From assembly GCA_963842885.1 (NCBI GenBank), contig CAWJIE010000005.1, positions 256,001 to 320,000 on the forward strand: DNA of 64,000 bases, given 5' to 3'. This document shows positions 10,521-21,414 of this stretch, in pieces. Both the position numbers and the translations under genes were made by a program. The stretch comes from an uncultured Nitrososphaerota archaeon. Lineage in GTDB: Archaea; Thermoproteota; Nitrososphaeria; Conexivisphaerales; DTJL01. The notes under the pieces were generated by a model that was not told the origin of the DNA, did not search any database, and saw nothing but the letters and a program-made list of their open reading frames with translations. Every line of letters begins with the position of its first letter. The stretch's first letter is position 1.

Positions 10521-11690
10521 AGGTCCTCTTCGTAAGCTAGGGAGTATCCGCCCTTCGAAGTGGGAGGGGTGGCTCGCCACACATTCAACCTTGTGGGGCA
10601 CCTGAAAAAGCTGGGTGTTGAATGCGAAGTGGTGTCCTTCGGTGACCCCCTACAATCCAACGACGGAGTGAGGTTCATTCGTCCTAGGAGCTCCATCATC
10701 AGCCGGGGAAGACGGCCGGTGTACCTAGACTTCCAGGTGCCGTTCGACATAGTCCGTTTCACCTCAATGGTCAACCGTCTCATCGAGCGGGAGGGGTTCG
10801 ATGTCGTGCATGTCGAGGAGCCTTATGTGGGCTCCTTTGTCACCCATGGGAGGAAGGTGACCACAATACATGATACCAGCTACGGCGAGCTGAGGTCCAT
10901 CCTTAACGCGCCTGCAGGCCTGACCGACTTCAGGCGCGCCATCTTCTACATTTACCTTGGATTCCTGTTCGAAAGGGAGTCCGGAAGGAACAGCAGGGCC
11001 ATCATCGTCCCTTCTGCCCAGATGAAGTCTGAACTGGTTGTCAAGTACGGCTTCGATGCCGGGAGGATCAGGGTAATACGGAATGGCGTCGTCCTCCCGC
11101 CTCTGAGCTCGCTCACCAGGGAAGAGGCGAAGCGCAAGCTGGGCCTCCCCAACGTTCCCCTTGTGTTCTCAGCGTCTCAGCACGTCGCCAGGAAGCGCCT
11201 CGAGACCCTGATAGAAGCCGCGAAGCTGTTGAGGGAGGACAACATCATCTTTCGGGTAGCCGTCGCCGGGGATGGCCCCCTCAGGCAGAAGCTGATCAGC
11301 CTATCGGAATCGTATGGTCTCAACGGCTTCGTTTCATTCCCCGGCTGGGTCCCGCAGGAGGAGCTGGACTTGTATTATAGAGCAGCCGACATCTTCGTGC
11401 TCACCTCAGAGTACGAGGCCGGACCTATCACGATGCTGGAGGCGATGTCCAACGGCGCGACCGTCGTGAGCACGAAGATCGGAGGCTTCGCGGCCTGCAT
11501 CCAGGACGGCATAGACGGCCTCCTCTATCCGGTGGGAGACTGCAGGGCCCTTTCCTCAAGCCTAGAGAGGGCGCTCCGTGATCAGGACTTCCTCCGGAGG
11601 TCTTCCTCCTTGGGGAGGGCGTTCGCCGAGAGGTTCGACTGGGGGCGCGTGGCCGAGGACACTCTTTCCCTGTACAAGGAGATAGCCTGA
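10517..11690 (+). CDS. Glycosyltransferase family 4 (frameshift near start)
   Basis: TTG 10517 gives MKVLFV, then (A)REYPPFEVGG; 'EAGPITMLEAMSNG'. Confidence 0.9.
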
Positions 11691-12782
11691 ATGGAGACGC
11701 TCCGAATAGTGCAGGTGACCCACTCCTTCCCGCCTTACTATGGAGGCCTCTCCCATGTGTCAGATATGATTTCCAAGAACTTGGTTAAGGAGGGGCACGA
11801 GGTGGAAGTAGTGACCCTTGACGTCGACGGGAACCTCCCCTCCCATGAGGAAGCCGACGGCGTCTCCATCAACAGGTTCAGGGGCTATGCGCCCTCAGGC
11901 GCCTACTTCGTCCCTTCGCGGAGCGCCTTCCGCCACCTGCAGTCGGTCAAGGGTGACGTCGTGCACGCCCATAACATAGGTGCTCTGCTGGCGCCCGCCT
12001 GCTGGCTGGCCATAAGGAACAGGATGGGGACGACCGCCTTCGTGATGACGCCCCATCATCACACCGCCGGGAGCCAATGGCACACGAGGCTGTTATGGAA
12101 GCCGTATTGGCCCGTGGCCAGGCGCACAGTCCGAGCGGCCGACTCCGTGCACTGCGTGTCCGACTTCGAATCAAACGTCGTCAGGAACGATTTCTCGGTA
12201 GTCCCCGTCGTCATCCCGAATGGCGTCTCTGAAGACGTCCTCCTCCACAGGTGGGAGCCGCCACGGGGCTTGGTGTTGACGTACTCTGGAAGATTGGAGC
12301 GATACAAGAGGGTGGACCGGCTGATACAGGCGGCCTACGAATTGAGCAGTCGCGGCGGCCAGGTTACGGTCAGGATCATAGGGGATGGCCCCGACCTTCG
12401 GAGGCTCGCGGCCCTCGCACACTCATTGGAAGTGAACGTGGAACGTCATCCCTTCCTGGAGAGAGAGAAGTACTTGGAAATGCTCGCTACGAGCAGCTGC
12501 TTCGTTAACCTCTCCGAATATGAGGCCTTCAGCATAGTCGTGGCGGAAGCTTTGGCCATAGGGGTTCCGGTCGTCGCCGCCCTACCCTGGGGTGAAACGT
12601 TCGGCGGGTTCGACGGGGTTCGATTGGTAGACGGGGATTCCACCTCAGACATAGCCCGGGGGGTTCAGGAACTGGTCTCAAGTGGTCGCCGCGCAGGCGC
12701 AGTCATTCCAAGCTGGCGAGACGTCGCGCGTAGACTGATAGCGGAAGCTTACAGGCCGGCCCTCGACAAGAAGGCGGCGTAG
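11691..12782 (+). CDS. Glycosyltransferase family 4
   Basis: 'FPPYYGG', 'GRLERYKRVD', 'EAFSIVVAEALAIGVPVV'. Confidence 0.92.
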   Translation: METLRIVQVTHSFPPYYGGLSHVSDMISKNLVKEGHEVEVVTLDVDGNLPSHEEADGVSINRFRGYAPSGAYFVPSRSAFRHLQSVKGDVVHAHNIGALLAPACWLAIRNRMGTTAFVMTPHHHTAGSQWHTRLLWKPYWPVARRTVRAADSVHCVSDFESNVVRNDFSVVPVVIPNGVSEDVLLHRWEPPRGLVLTYSGRLERYKRVDRLIQAAYELSSRGGQVTVRIIGDGPDLRRLAALAHSLEVNVERHPFLEREKYLEMLATSSCFVNLSEYEAFSIVVAEALAIGVPVVAALPWGETFGGFDGVRLVDGDSTSDIARGVQELVSSGRRAGAVIPSWRDVARRLIAEAYRPALDKKAA

Positions 12783-13877
12783 TTGTCCGCAAGGCCACGG
12801 GCCGCTGACGCCCTGATCGAGGTCGTGATAGACACTGCCAAGGTTGTCGCTTCAGGTGATGCGACGGAGGGGTTGCGCGAGGTTTGGTTCTCGGGCCTGT
12901 CCTCGGTTCCTCCGAGCAGGTCGGACGCGCTCGCCCGGCTGATAAACGAGAATCGCCTGACCTTGCCAGCCTTCCGTCTGCTCGAAGGAGATGAGTCAGG
13001 CATTTCAAGGGCCCTGAGACGGGCCCTGGACCCCACTGTCAGACAGCTGAAGAACGCAAGGGAGGACAGGGACAGGCAGCTGAGGAAGTTGGTGGACGCG
13101 TTGACCAAGTATGGCATCGACTACGTGATCTTCAAGACCTTCAACAGAACAGGCTGGGTCGGCGTCGACTTGGATGTGCTAATCGCAAAGGAGAACTATC
13201 AGGACTGCGTCAAGGGCCTTCTCGCGGAAGGCTATTACTCGATCGACGACCTTTCCAAGCAATACGCGACGGGCTTCATGTCGAAAGGTAACCCGGTGAT
13301 CGTTGACCTGCATACTCAACTCGCCCTCCTCGGAATCCCGTACTTCTCCTCAGAAGTGCTTCTAGCGGATGTCGAAAGAACGAACACTGAGGTGCTTGAC
13401 GGCTGCGCGAGTGTCGAATTCGATCAGCTGGGCGGGACCACAGAAGCCGCAGTGAGGATGGCGCACGCCGTGATTAAGGAGGGCGTCGTGACAGCTGGAG
13501 AGGTGGCGGAGGTGCTCCCTGATGTGGTTCGAGGGGGCGTTTCCGAGCTTATCGCCAGGGAGAACCTTCAGCTGGCAAGTTCGGTCTTCGGCTACGCCGC
13601 AAAAGGGACCATGGGCGAGAAGGGATTCGGCGGTATCGTGGCATTCAACGAGAGCGCCATCCACGTTCTTGCAAAGGGAATGCTGGACGAGTCGCTGAAG
13701 CGACCCAGCCTCCCTTGCAGGATACCTGCAAATGTCAGCGTGCTTTCCCTTCTTGATCGTCTGCAGGCGGAGGGCGAGTTGAGCATCTCCCTCCCGACTC
13801 TCATGCGTAACCTCACTTTCAGAAGGAACGCGGCCTATCTGGGTCACACTTTGTTGGAACGCCTTGGCATCAGCTAG
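12783..13877 (+). CDS. Nucleotidyltransferase family protein (NTP_transf_5-like)
   Basis: 'YVIFKT...GVDLDVLI' (DxD), 'VDLH'. Confidence 0.7.
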   Translation: MSARPRAADALIEVVIDTAKVVASGDATEGLREVWFSGLSSVPPSRSDALARLINENRLTLPAFRLLEGDESGISRALRRALDPTVRQLKNAREDRDRQLRKLVDALTKYGIDYVIFKTFNRTGWVGVDLDVLIAKENYQDCVKGLLAEGYYSIDDLSKQYATGFMSKGNPVIVDLHTQLALLGIPYFSSEVLLADVERTNTEVLDGCASVEFDQLGGTTEAAVRMAHAVIKEGVVTAGEVAEVLPDVVRGGVSELIARENLQLASSVFGYAAKGTMGEKGFGGIVAFNESAIHVLAKGMLDESLKRPSLPCRIPANVSVLSLLDRLQAEGELSISLPTLMRNLTFRRNAAYLGHTLLERLGIS

Positions 13878-14733
13878 CATAGCGGTACTCACTCCTGCCT
13901 TTAATGAGAGAAGTAGTTTGCAGGCGATGATCTACAGCCTGGCCCGCCAGACCATCAGGCCAGACAGGGTACTGATTTGTGACAACGGGTCCATTGATGG
14001 CAGCGCCGAGTCGGCAGAGGAGGCCTTACAAAGGGCAGGACTCTCACACGAAATCATATCGCTTCCGAGGATTCCGGCAATGGGAAAGTGGAACATAAAC
14101 ATCGCTTACTGGTCGCTTGCCGAGGCTTTGGTCAAGGCGGGGATTTCGCCTGACTTCGTGGCCACGATTGAGGCAGACGTTACCTTGGAGCCGCTTTACT
14201 TCGAAAAGCTTGTCAAATGCTTCAGTGATGACCCCCTCCTTGGCATAGCTGGCGGCAGGCTGGAGCCCATGGGGCTTCTGAAAGGAAGTTACCCGCTGGG
14301 GAAAGGCGGTGTCATGGTCTGGGGGGCAAATCGGATGTATTCCTTCAAATGCTGGCTAGAACTCACCAACGCGGTCGACCTAAGGTACCTGCCGATGTGG
14401 GATACCGACCATGTCGTCCTTGCTGCGATTCGCGGATACCACGTCCTAGCAAGTGGTATCGCCACCGCCAGAGCCTCTCGTGCTGTCAGCACTTCGAGGG
14501 GGAGACCCAAAGGTATGGTGGACGCTGCCCATGGGCTACCTTTATGGTGGGCAGCATTCAAGACTCTGCAGTACAAGGACCCTGCCTATCTGGTAGAATT
14601 CGGTGCGCGAAGGCTCTCAGCCGGAAGCAGACAGCTGTATATGTCGAACGAATGCTTGAAAGCCTTGGGCTTGGTCTATAACAGAGCCGCCGTACAGGTC
14701 TTGAGGAATACGCTGAGAGGTCGCCCTAATTGA
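13864..14733 (+). CDS. Glycosyltransferase family 2
   Basis: 'TPAFNE', 'CDNGSIDGS', 'EAD', 'LGIAGG', 'WD'. Confidence 0.85.
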   Translation: MASASIAVLTPAFNERSSLQAMIYSLARQTIRPDRVLICDNGSIDGSAESAEEALQRAGLSHEIISLPRIPAMGKWNINIAYWSLAEALVKAGISPDFVATIEADVTLEPLYFEKLVKCFSDDPLLGIAGGRLEPMGLLKGSYPLGKGGVMVWGANRMYSFKCWLELTNAVDLRYLPMWDTDHVVLAAIRGYHVLASGIATARASRAVSTSRGRPKGMVDAAHGLPLWWAAFKTLQYKDPAYLVEFGARRLSAGSRQLYMSNECLKALGLVYNRAAVQVLRNTLRGRPN

Positions 14734-16559
14734 ACATCCCATCTGGCGCGTTGAGTATCATCCCCACACCAGGCAGGACCTTTACCGAAAACCTGATCTT
14801 TTACACCTTAATCCTGGCGGCTTTGTTTACGGTTTTGATTCTGCTTAGCTTTCGAAGCCGGAAGGATGCAATAGACCGAAGAAAATTGGGTAAAGTCGTC
14901 GGTGCAGTCCTCGCTGCGGTCGTGACGGTCACACCGTTTGTCGCGATGTTTTCGGTACAGCCATTCGCGAGGCCGGACGCCTTCTTTGTTTTGCAGGGCT
15001 CGGTATGTGGCCTGCTAGCCCTCTATCTTGCCTTGGGGAGAGCGAATCGGAATCTGGTCGCCTACGCCCTAGTCGTTTCCGCCATCTCGATGACGGTCAC
15101 AGTCTATCTGCAGAATGGTTTCTATCCGCTAAGCAACATTCAGGACGACGCCCTCTATCAGACTGGAAACATCGCCTCATTCCAGCAGGCCTCGGCGCAG
15201 GGAGGATTCTACTACTACGTGCCCATTGGAGACCTACTTCTGGTGCCCCTCTACATGGTTAGCGGAATAAACCTGGGATTGCCCATTGTCGAAAGCGTGG
15301 TGACTCTGGCAGTCACGATGTTGAGCCTGCTGTTGCTGTCGAGGAGGTTCGGTTTTGAAAAGGCAGCCCCAGCGGCCATGCTGATACTTTCAACACCTCA
15401 GCTTTCGTTTCTTGTCGGTAGAACTCTATCGATTCCGTACGCCATGTTGACTTTGCTGTTGGTTTCGATACTGGCGACGAAGCCGGCCTGGAGGCAGACA
15501 GTGGGCCTCCTGGGGATAGTCATCCTTGTGATGGTCTTTGCCCATCCGGTGGGCCCTATTGCACTGATAGCCGCATTCGTAGTCCTGGGTGCGATAATAA
15601 CGTTGACCAGGAGCAGCCAGCTCGAATTGTCGTCATCCGTGGGGCCGACGCTTAGATTGCTTTTAGTCATAACGGCAGGGTATTGGTTCATGACCTACAT
15701 TTACACGCTGATAGTTACAAAGGCCGCTCACATCTACGACTCCACTGGAAGCTTCATCGCGGGCCTGATTGGCGGCAACTCAAAGTTGGTCTCGGGCAGC
15801 ACCATTCCCACAGCCCTTGCCCCTGGCTACTCCCAACCAGCATTCTGGGAGTTCGCCTACGCCTGGGCTGCCCCGGTAGCGATCGGGATGGCGCTTCTGC
15901 TTGTCTGGTTTGTGACTCGGGTATTATTAGGCCGGACCAGGGGAGGTAAGAGAGCTGGCTTCTCCATCTTCTCTTCGACCTTCGGGCTCATAGCGATTTC
16001 TTCATGCATCGCCGCCTTCGTTCTTCTTGGCAGCTCGTTCGCAGCTTATGCGTTTGGTAGCGAGTCAGGCCAGTATGCGATTCCATGTGCCTACTTGCTG
16101 TTGCTGTTGCCTTCAGCTCTCGTCATCCACCAGCTGCTGGACAGCAAGAAAGTGGGGGTCATATTGATCACCGCGGTGATCTTGTCCTCTGTGATATGCA
16201 TTGGAACATTCAGCCCGGATTGGGCCCCCTTGGAGCACCAGGATTTCGGGGTCGAAGCCACCATCCCTAGTAGGAGCATCTGCGTGCAGGCGAATGACAT
16301 CGGCGCCTTGGTGGGGCAGGGGTTCTCGACCATCTACCTTGACTACGATTTGGCTGCGGCTGCAGCTGTCCCGAGCTACAAGAACGTCAGGACCGTCCTG
16401 ACCTCCGTCTTCGCAGGCAGCTCCATTCTTGGCGATTACAACAACTCTCTGTTCGTGCTGAGAACTGACAGGTTGGCTAATTCAGCAGTGGACACGCAAT
16501 CGCAAGTGCTAGACGTTGTGTACAACTCTCAGAGTCATATCGCTTTCTATGTGGGTTGA
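14730..16559 (+). CDS. Large polytopic membrane protein, GT-C/polymerase-like
   Basis: Many TM segments, loop 'QDD', 'FAHP', C-terminal soluble domain ending 'LDVVYNS'. Confidence 0.55.
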   Translation: MNIPSGALSIIPTPGRTFTENLIFYTLILAALFTVLILLSFRSRKDAIDRRKLGKVVGAVLAAVVTVTPFVAMFSVQPFARPDAFFVLQGSVCGLLALYLALGRANRNLVAYALVVSAISMTVTVYLQNGFYPLSNIQDDALYQTGNIASFQQASAQGGFYYYVPIGDLLLVPLYMVSGINLGLPIVESVVTLAVTMLSLLLLSRRFGFEKAAPAAMLILSTPQLSFLVGRTLSIPYAMLTLLLVSILATKPAWRQTVGLLGIVILVMVFAHPVGPIALIAAFVVLGAIITLTRSSQLELSSSVGPTLRLLLVITAGYWFMTYIYTLIVTKAAHIYDSTGSFIAGLIGGNSKLVSGSTIPTALAPGYSQPAFWEFAYAWAAPVAIGMALLLVWFVTRVLLGRTRGGKRAGFSIFSSTFGLIAISSCIAAFVLLGSSFAAYAFGSESGQYAIPCAYLLLLLPSALVIHQLLDSKKVGVILITAVILSSVICIGTFSPDWAPLEHQDFGVEATIPSRSICVQANDIGALVGQGFSTIYLDYDLAAAAAVPSYKNVRTVLTSVFAGSSILGDYNNSLFVLRTDRLANSAVDTQSQVLDVVYNSQSHIAFYVG

Positions 16560-16803
16560 AGGATTGAAGCCAGACCTTGGCAACCACCTAACGGCCTTTG
16601 GCGAGTTCTGGGGGGCATGGAACTACCGTAACGATTGCCTCCCCGATAGGATTCTCGGAAACGAGCGCCTGATTCGTAATCGGCTCAAATTGAGAGAGAT
16701 ATCGGGTCTGGGAGAAGACATTCCACATCTGTGCGCCGCAACGAGGATCTGCTTGGCAGGAAAGACCTCCCCCTAAGACGTTACCTACGGTGGAAGAAGC
16801 CAA

Positions 16804-17925
16804 TTGTTCGTGAAAAATGGAACCTCTGGGAATGGGATCTTGACGGCCAAGCCCGAGACCCCAGGAGACTCCATCGAAAGGTACCCGAGAGTCTGCATAG
16901 TCGTGGTCACCTATCTCGTAGGTCACATCCTCAGGAACGTACTTGGCGCCATCTCTGAATTGGATTACCCTAAGGAGAAGATGCGTCTGATCTTGGTTGC
17001 ATCTCCTGAGGACAACAATGCGAGGGAATGCTTCAACTGGTTCAAGGCCAGCCAGGATCGATTGGAGGCGGATTTCTTGGTAATCAGCATCAACTCGGCC
17101 GATTTGAAGCGAAACGAGGGAATACGGGCGAGCGAATGCGAGTATGTCTTGGTTATGGATGACGACGTTCTCATTAACAGTCTCATACTGAGTCACCTTT
17201 TGGAGCTCGTTCAACTCGACGAGCTAACGGCTGCGGTTGCATCACCAGCGATTGACGATGCCCCAACTCTTGCTGGTCGACTTCACTTCGGTCGGTTTGA
17301 CGGCAGAATCGCTGGCGCGTACACCGTTATGCCATGCACTCTATTCAGAAGAAGCCTCGTGACAAGATGTGGCCTGTATCGCGAAGATATGGGACCTCCG
17401 TTCACCATCCACGAGGATTGGGAATTGGGGTCTAGGCTCCGTAGGGAAGGCTTCAAGGTTTTGGTGGATGGGAGAGTGATGTCGAAACATCTGCACCAAC
17501 TCTCTGGCAGGAAACCTTCGGCCGTCCCCAAGTCAGGTGGGTCCGCACAAAGCCAAGCGAGAGGAAGTGGGCACCATAGGATTCGCAAGTACGTCTCGGA
17601 GTATCTGCACAAGAATTGGTGGAGCATGTGGCAAGTCATGAAAGTCAGCCCCATCGCACAGACCCTTGAGTACGTTGGTTATGCGCTTGTGCCGGCGCTG
17701 CTTCTTTTGCTGGTCATTCTTGACTTCGGGCTTGGCTTGTTGTCGGTTGCCTTGTCCTTGGCTGCCATTTCCCTTTATGCCCTTGCGAAGGGGTATTACC
17801 GGACGTACGCGATGAAGAGGCGCATTTCATATCCCCTTATCCTTACCTGGATACGGGTCTTTCGAACTTATCTTCTAATACTGGGGCTTGTCGTGAATTC
17901 GCGGCATCTAGACAAGAGGCCATGA
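16804..17925 (+). CDS. Glycosyltransferase family 2 with C-terminal TMs
   Basis: 'KRNEGI', 'VMDDD', 'HEDWELGSRL'. Confidence 0.85.
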   Translation: MFVKNGTSGNGILTAKPETPGDSIERYPRVCIVVVTYLVGHILRNVLGAISELDYPKEKMRLILVASPEDNNARECFNWFKASQDRLEADFLVISINSADLKRNEGIRASECEYVLVMDDDVLINSLILSHLLELVQLDELTAAVASPAIDDAPTLAGRLHFGRFDGRIAGAYTVMPCTLFRRSLVTRCGLYREDMGPPFTIHEDWELGSRLRREGFKVLVDGRVMSKHLHQLSGRKPSAVPKSGGSAQSQARGSGHHRIRKYVSEYLHKNWWSMWQVMKVSPIAQTLEYVGYALVPALLLLLVILDFGLGLLSVALSLAAISLYALAKGYYRTYAMKRRISYPLILTWIRVFRTYLLILGLVVNSRHLDKRP

Positions 17926-18093
17926 TCCTGCCCAGCTCTCATTGGCCGTGCGGGCATTGGGGAAAAAAGTGCATAGGGGATTGTTTTGGGCCGATTGTGT
18001 TGGAAGCCCTTTGAGGACTCCAACCAGGAAGGCAACGTCGTATGGCAGGCATCCGGGCTCGCGAGTCCAACCGGTCATGCGGGCGGAACCGTG

Positions 18094-19296
18094 ATGGCAA
18101 GATCTCGCGTGGTTGTCTTCTCCGAGGCGCTGTGGCCGAACGGCGGAGGCGCGGAGCTGGCCACCCACCTCTTCGTCAAGTCTCTGGTCGAACACGGTTT
18201 CGACGTTACGATGGTCACGGGCCAGCCCTCGGGCCCATCACGCGACGGCCTCACCGTGCTCACCTCCAGCGTACTGAGGGCGGGTTCGAAGACTGAATTG
18301 TGGATCAAGATCCTTTCACGGGGATCGCTTTTTGAAAGCATCATTCGAGACCACGAGATCGTCTATATCCCTAGGCTGTGTTATCCTCTGGCGCCGATTG
18401 CAAAGAAGCTCGGAAAGAAGCTGATCATTCATCTCCACGACTACGCGCCGATCAGCTATTCGGCAGCGGTCCCTGCTCCATTTGAGCCCACAAGAGATTA
18501 CCTCGGAAAGGTCAAGGCATTCAATCTATGGCTCGAACGTAGAAAGGGACGAAGCGCACAATATCTGGCCATCTTCGGGGATCTTCACACTCGTCTGGCC
18601 AGATACTGGCTGGGCTATGCGGATCACTTGGTCTGCGTCTCGGATAGACAAATGCAGATAATATCAGCGCTGGCTCCGGAGCTAGGAGGTCTGCTTTCGC
18701 GGGTGTACAATCCTCTTCCTGACTTGCCCAGGGTCCAGGATAGGTCCCGTGGAGAACCCGCGTTCCTCTACGTAGGAGGAGGCGCCTATCACAAAGGGTT
18801 CCATGTCTTCGTCAAGGTCGCGAGTCAACTGCTGAGCCAAGGCACCAACGTGAAGTTCCTGATGACGGGGACCGCGAACCAACGTTCCGACACCTTGTTC
18901 AGCAGAGTTCGCTACAGGTTCGATGGCGCTTTTCAGACCCTGGGAAGACTGCCTTATGACCAGTTGGTTGAAAAATACGCCTCCGTTCGGGGTCTCATAT
19001 TCCCTTCGATATGGGAAGAGCCTCTCAGCTACGCTGTAGCGGAGTCAATGGCTGCCGGCGCCATACCCATTGCTTCAAACGTCGGAGGGAACAGCGAACT
19101 GGTCAGGGGAAGTGCCGCCGAGCAATATCTCTTTGATCCGTTCCAGTCAGATTCTCTGGCGCGTAACATCGAGTCCATCCTATCGATGTCGGAGGGCCAA
19201 CTCCTGAGCATCGGGGAAGACCTGAGGGGTAGCATTTCCCGCACTCTGAGAGCAGAGGCGACGACGGAGAGGTTTGTGCGGTTCTTCGAGAACTGA
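18094..19296 (+). CDS. Glycosyltransferase family 4
   Basis: 'WPNGGGAE', 'HKG', 'PSIWEEPLSYAVAESMAAG'. Confidence 0.9.
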   Translation: MARSRVVVFSEALWPNGGGAELATHLFVKSLVEHGFDVTMVTGQPSGPSRDGLTVLTSSVLRAGSKTELWIKILSRGSLFESIIRDHEIVYIPRLCYPLAPIAKKLGKKLIIHLHDYAPISYSAAVPAPFEPTRDYLGKVKAFNLWLERRKGRSAQYLAIFGDLHTRLARYWLGYADHLVCVSDRQMQIISALAPELGGLLSRVYNPLPDLPRVQDRSRGEPAFLYVGGGAYHKGFHVFVKVASQLLSQGTNVKFLMTGTANQRSDTLFSRVRYRFDGAFQTLGRLPYDQLVEKYASVRGLIFPSIWEEPLSYAVAESMAAGAIPIASNVGGNSELVRGSAAEQYLFDPFQSDSLARNIESILSMSEGQLLSIGEDLRGSISRTLRAEATTERFVRFFEN

Positions 19297-19367
19297 CTCA
19301 CTTTGGGCCGCTTGCTCGTTCGGTTTCAACAAGGAAAGAAGACCGCATAGCGTCAAGTGAATCCAGA

Positions 19368-20010
19368 TTGGTCTTCGTCTCTCTTACCTTCGACGACGGT
19401 TTTCTGCGCCACTACGCCGTTGCAAAGATGCTCCACAGAGTTGGCGTCTCGGCTTCTTTCTACATCCCTACGGGAAGGACGCCATTCTATGAAGGCAAGG
19501 GGGGTCGACTGGCTTCAAGGCCCGACCTTCTTGGGGAGATGGTTGACATGGGACACGAAATCGGTTCGCACACGCACACTCACAGAGACCTCAGACTGCT
19601 AAGTCCTCTGGAAGTCAGGGCTCGAGTGTCGGGAATCGATCGAAGGGTTGAATGCGGCTCTAGGTTCACGCTCGCACACTTATGGTCTGGCATACCCTTT
19701 CGGCCTCTTCAACGAGGTCGTTAAAGGCGAGGTGAGCAAGGCCTTTAGCTACGCGAGAGCTGGGAGCTACTCCAACAGATGGAACACCGTTCGAGACCCA
19801 TACGCTATCGGCAGCTTCGGGCCCAGCAGGCATCTGGCGGAGATACCACTCAAGGTCGCTTCGAACCCGTCGTGCCCGATAGTCCTGATGTTCCATTCAG
19901 AACCCCTCCCCCTGATTCTCTTTGTCGTCCGGATGCTGCTTTCTATGAACATGAAGATTGTCCCATTGAAGACCTCTTTGACTAGTCTGGGGATCGTGTC
20001 TCAAAAGTGA
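19368..20010 (+). CDS. Polysaccharide deacetylase (NodB/CE4; frameshift ~19620)
   Basis: 'LTFDDG', 'GHEIGSHTHTH', 'AYPFG', 'LMFH'. Confidence 0.85.
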
Positions 20011-20063
20011 GGAACTATGCTTGCGCCACTGGTCGCCGACTCGATGTCCGGGAACTGTAGCGC

Positions 20064-21292
20064 ATGAGCAGAGTACGTCCCCTGAACATTGCGATAATGG
20101 ATGATGCTGGCTTCGGTCGAGGAGGTCCGGGTCTGTTCGGGAAGGAGCTCTACTCGGGACTTCTGGCTGACATCAACGAAAACCTCCTGGGCAACGTTGC
20201 GGTGAGAATCAACTTGGGCGACATCACCCCCAGGCGTATGTCCGGTTCGACGGGCGGCAGTGATGTCCCGTTTCTGCGGGCCTTCTGGGACGCTGGCACC
20301 GTAAGAGAGCTGAGTGGCCTGATGCGACAGGCGAACACCGACATCGCCCACGCCAATGTCGTAAACGCGCGATACCGCGTTCCATCGTCAGAGCAGTCAA
20401 ACAGGCAAACGTTCCCCTTGTGACGACAGTTCATAGCTACAACTCTCTTTGTCCTACGGGATGGGCGACCAGGTTGCCGGAGCTGGAGCCTTGCGCCAAC
20501 TTGGGCCTTCAGATTCATTGTCCGGTGTGCCTCTGGAACGAGTCGCGGCTAAGCCAGAAGCCACGAACAAAGAGGCTGTTGGACGGGTTGAACCAGCAGG
20601 CTGCGCTCCGCCTTCTCCTCAGAGAGTCTAGGTCCGTCGTCGTGCCCTCGAAGGCACTGGCGTCCCAAATCGAGGCTGACATCGGTTCGGTCGGGCTGAA
20701 TGTCGCATACAATCCCGTCCCAGACGAACTCCTCGAGATCGAGCCAAGTCCGGGCGAGGAGGGGACCGTCGCCTTTGCCGGGAGACTGACCCATGAAAAA
20801 GGCGCGCACCTGCTTCCGAGGCTGGCCGACTTGATGAAAGGGACGAAAGTCCATGTGATGGGAGGGGGCCCTCTGGCGAGCTTCGTCCGGGAGCAGGCAC
20901 GGAGTCGCCCTAACCTCATCTTTCATGGATTCGTTTCACAGAAGGAGAAGACAGACATCTTCAGGCGGGCGGCAGCGATATTGGTTCCTAGCCTGTGGTT
21001 CGAGGCCTTCGGCTACTCGGCGGCGGAGGCCCTGGCGCTAGGCAAGCCGGTCGTTGGGTTCTCTGTCGGGGGCGTTGGCGAACTCGTCTCCCAATCGGGC
21101 GGGGGCAGGGCCGTCAAACCATTCAATTTAGGAGACTTGGCCGAAGCAGTCGAATCCATTGCCGGTGACAGGAAGTGCTCTTATGAACTCGGAACCAAGG
21201 GAAGGGATTTTGCTCGAAAAGAGCTAAGCGAAGACCACTTCGCATCCAACCTTCAGAGAATCTATTCAAGGAGCTTGAGCAAACTCCAATGA
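20064..21292 (+). CDS. Glycosyltransferase family 4 (frameshift ~20385)
   Basis: 'TVHSY', 'GRLTHEKG', 'PSLWFEAFG..AAEALALGKPVV'. Confidence 0.85.
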
Positions 21293-21402
21293 AGAATCTC
21301 CTTTTCATCGGCGCGCCGTTCGGAGTCGTGAGTGGAAGCTCGGCTAGGGCTGCCAAGGTGCTGCCGTCCCTTGCTGAAATTGTTCTAGAAGAGACCGACT
21401 GA
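21289..21402 (+). pseudogene. 37-codon N-terminal remnant of a GT4-like gene
   Basis: MKNLLFIGAPFGVVSGSSARAAKVL resembles the N-termini of the GTs at 22750 and 24988; ATGA-coupled to the upstream gene. Confidence 0.45.
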
Positions 21403-21414
21403 GAGGTGGGATAG

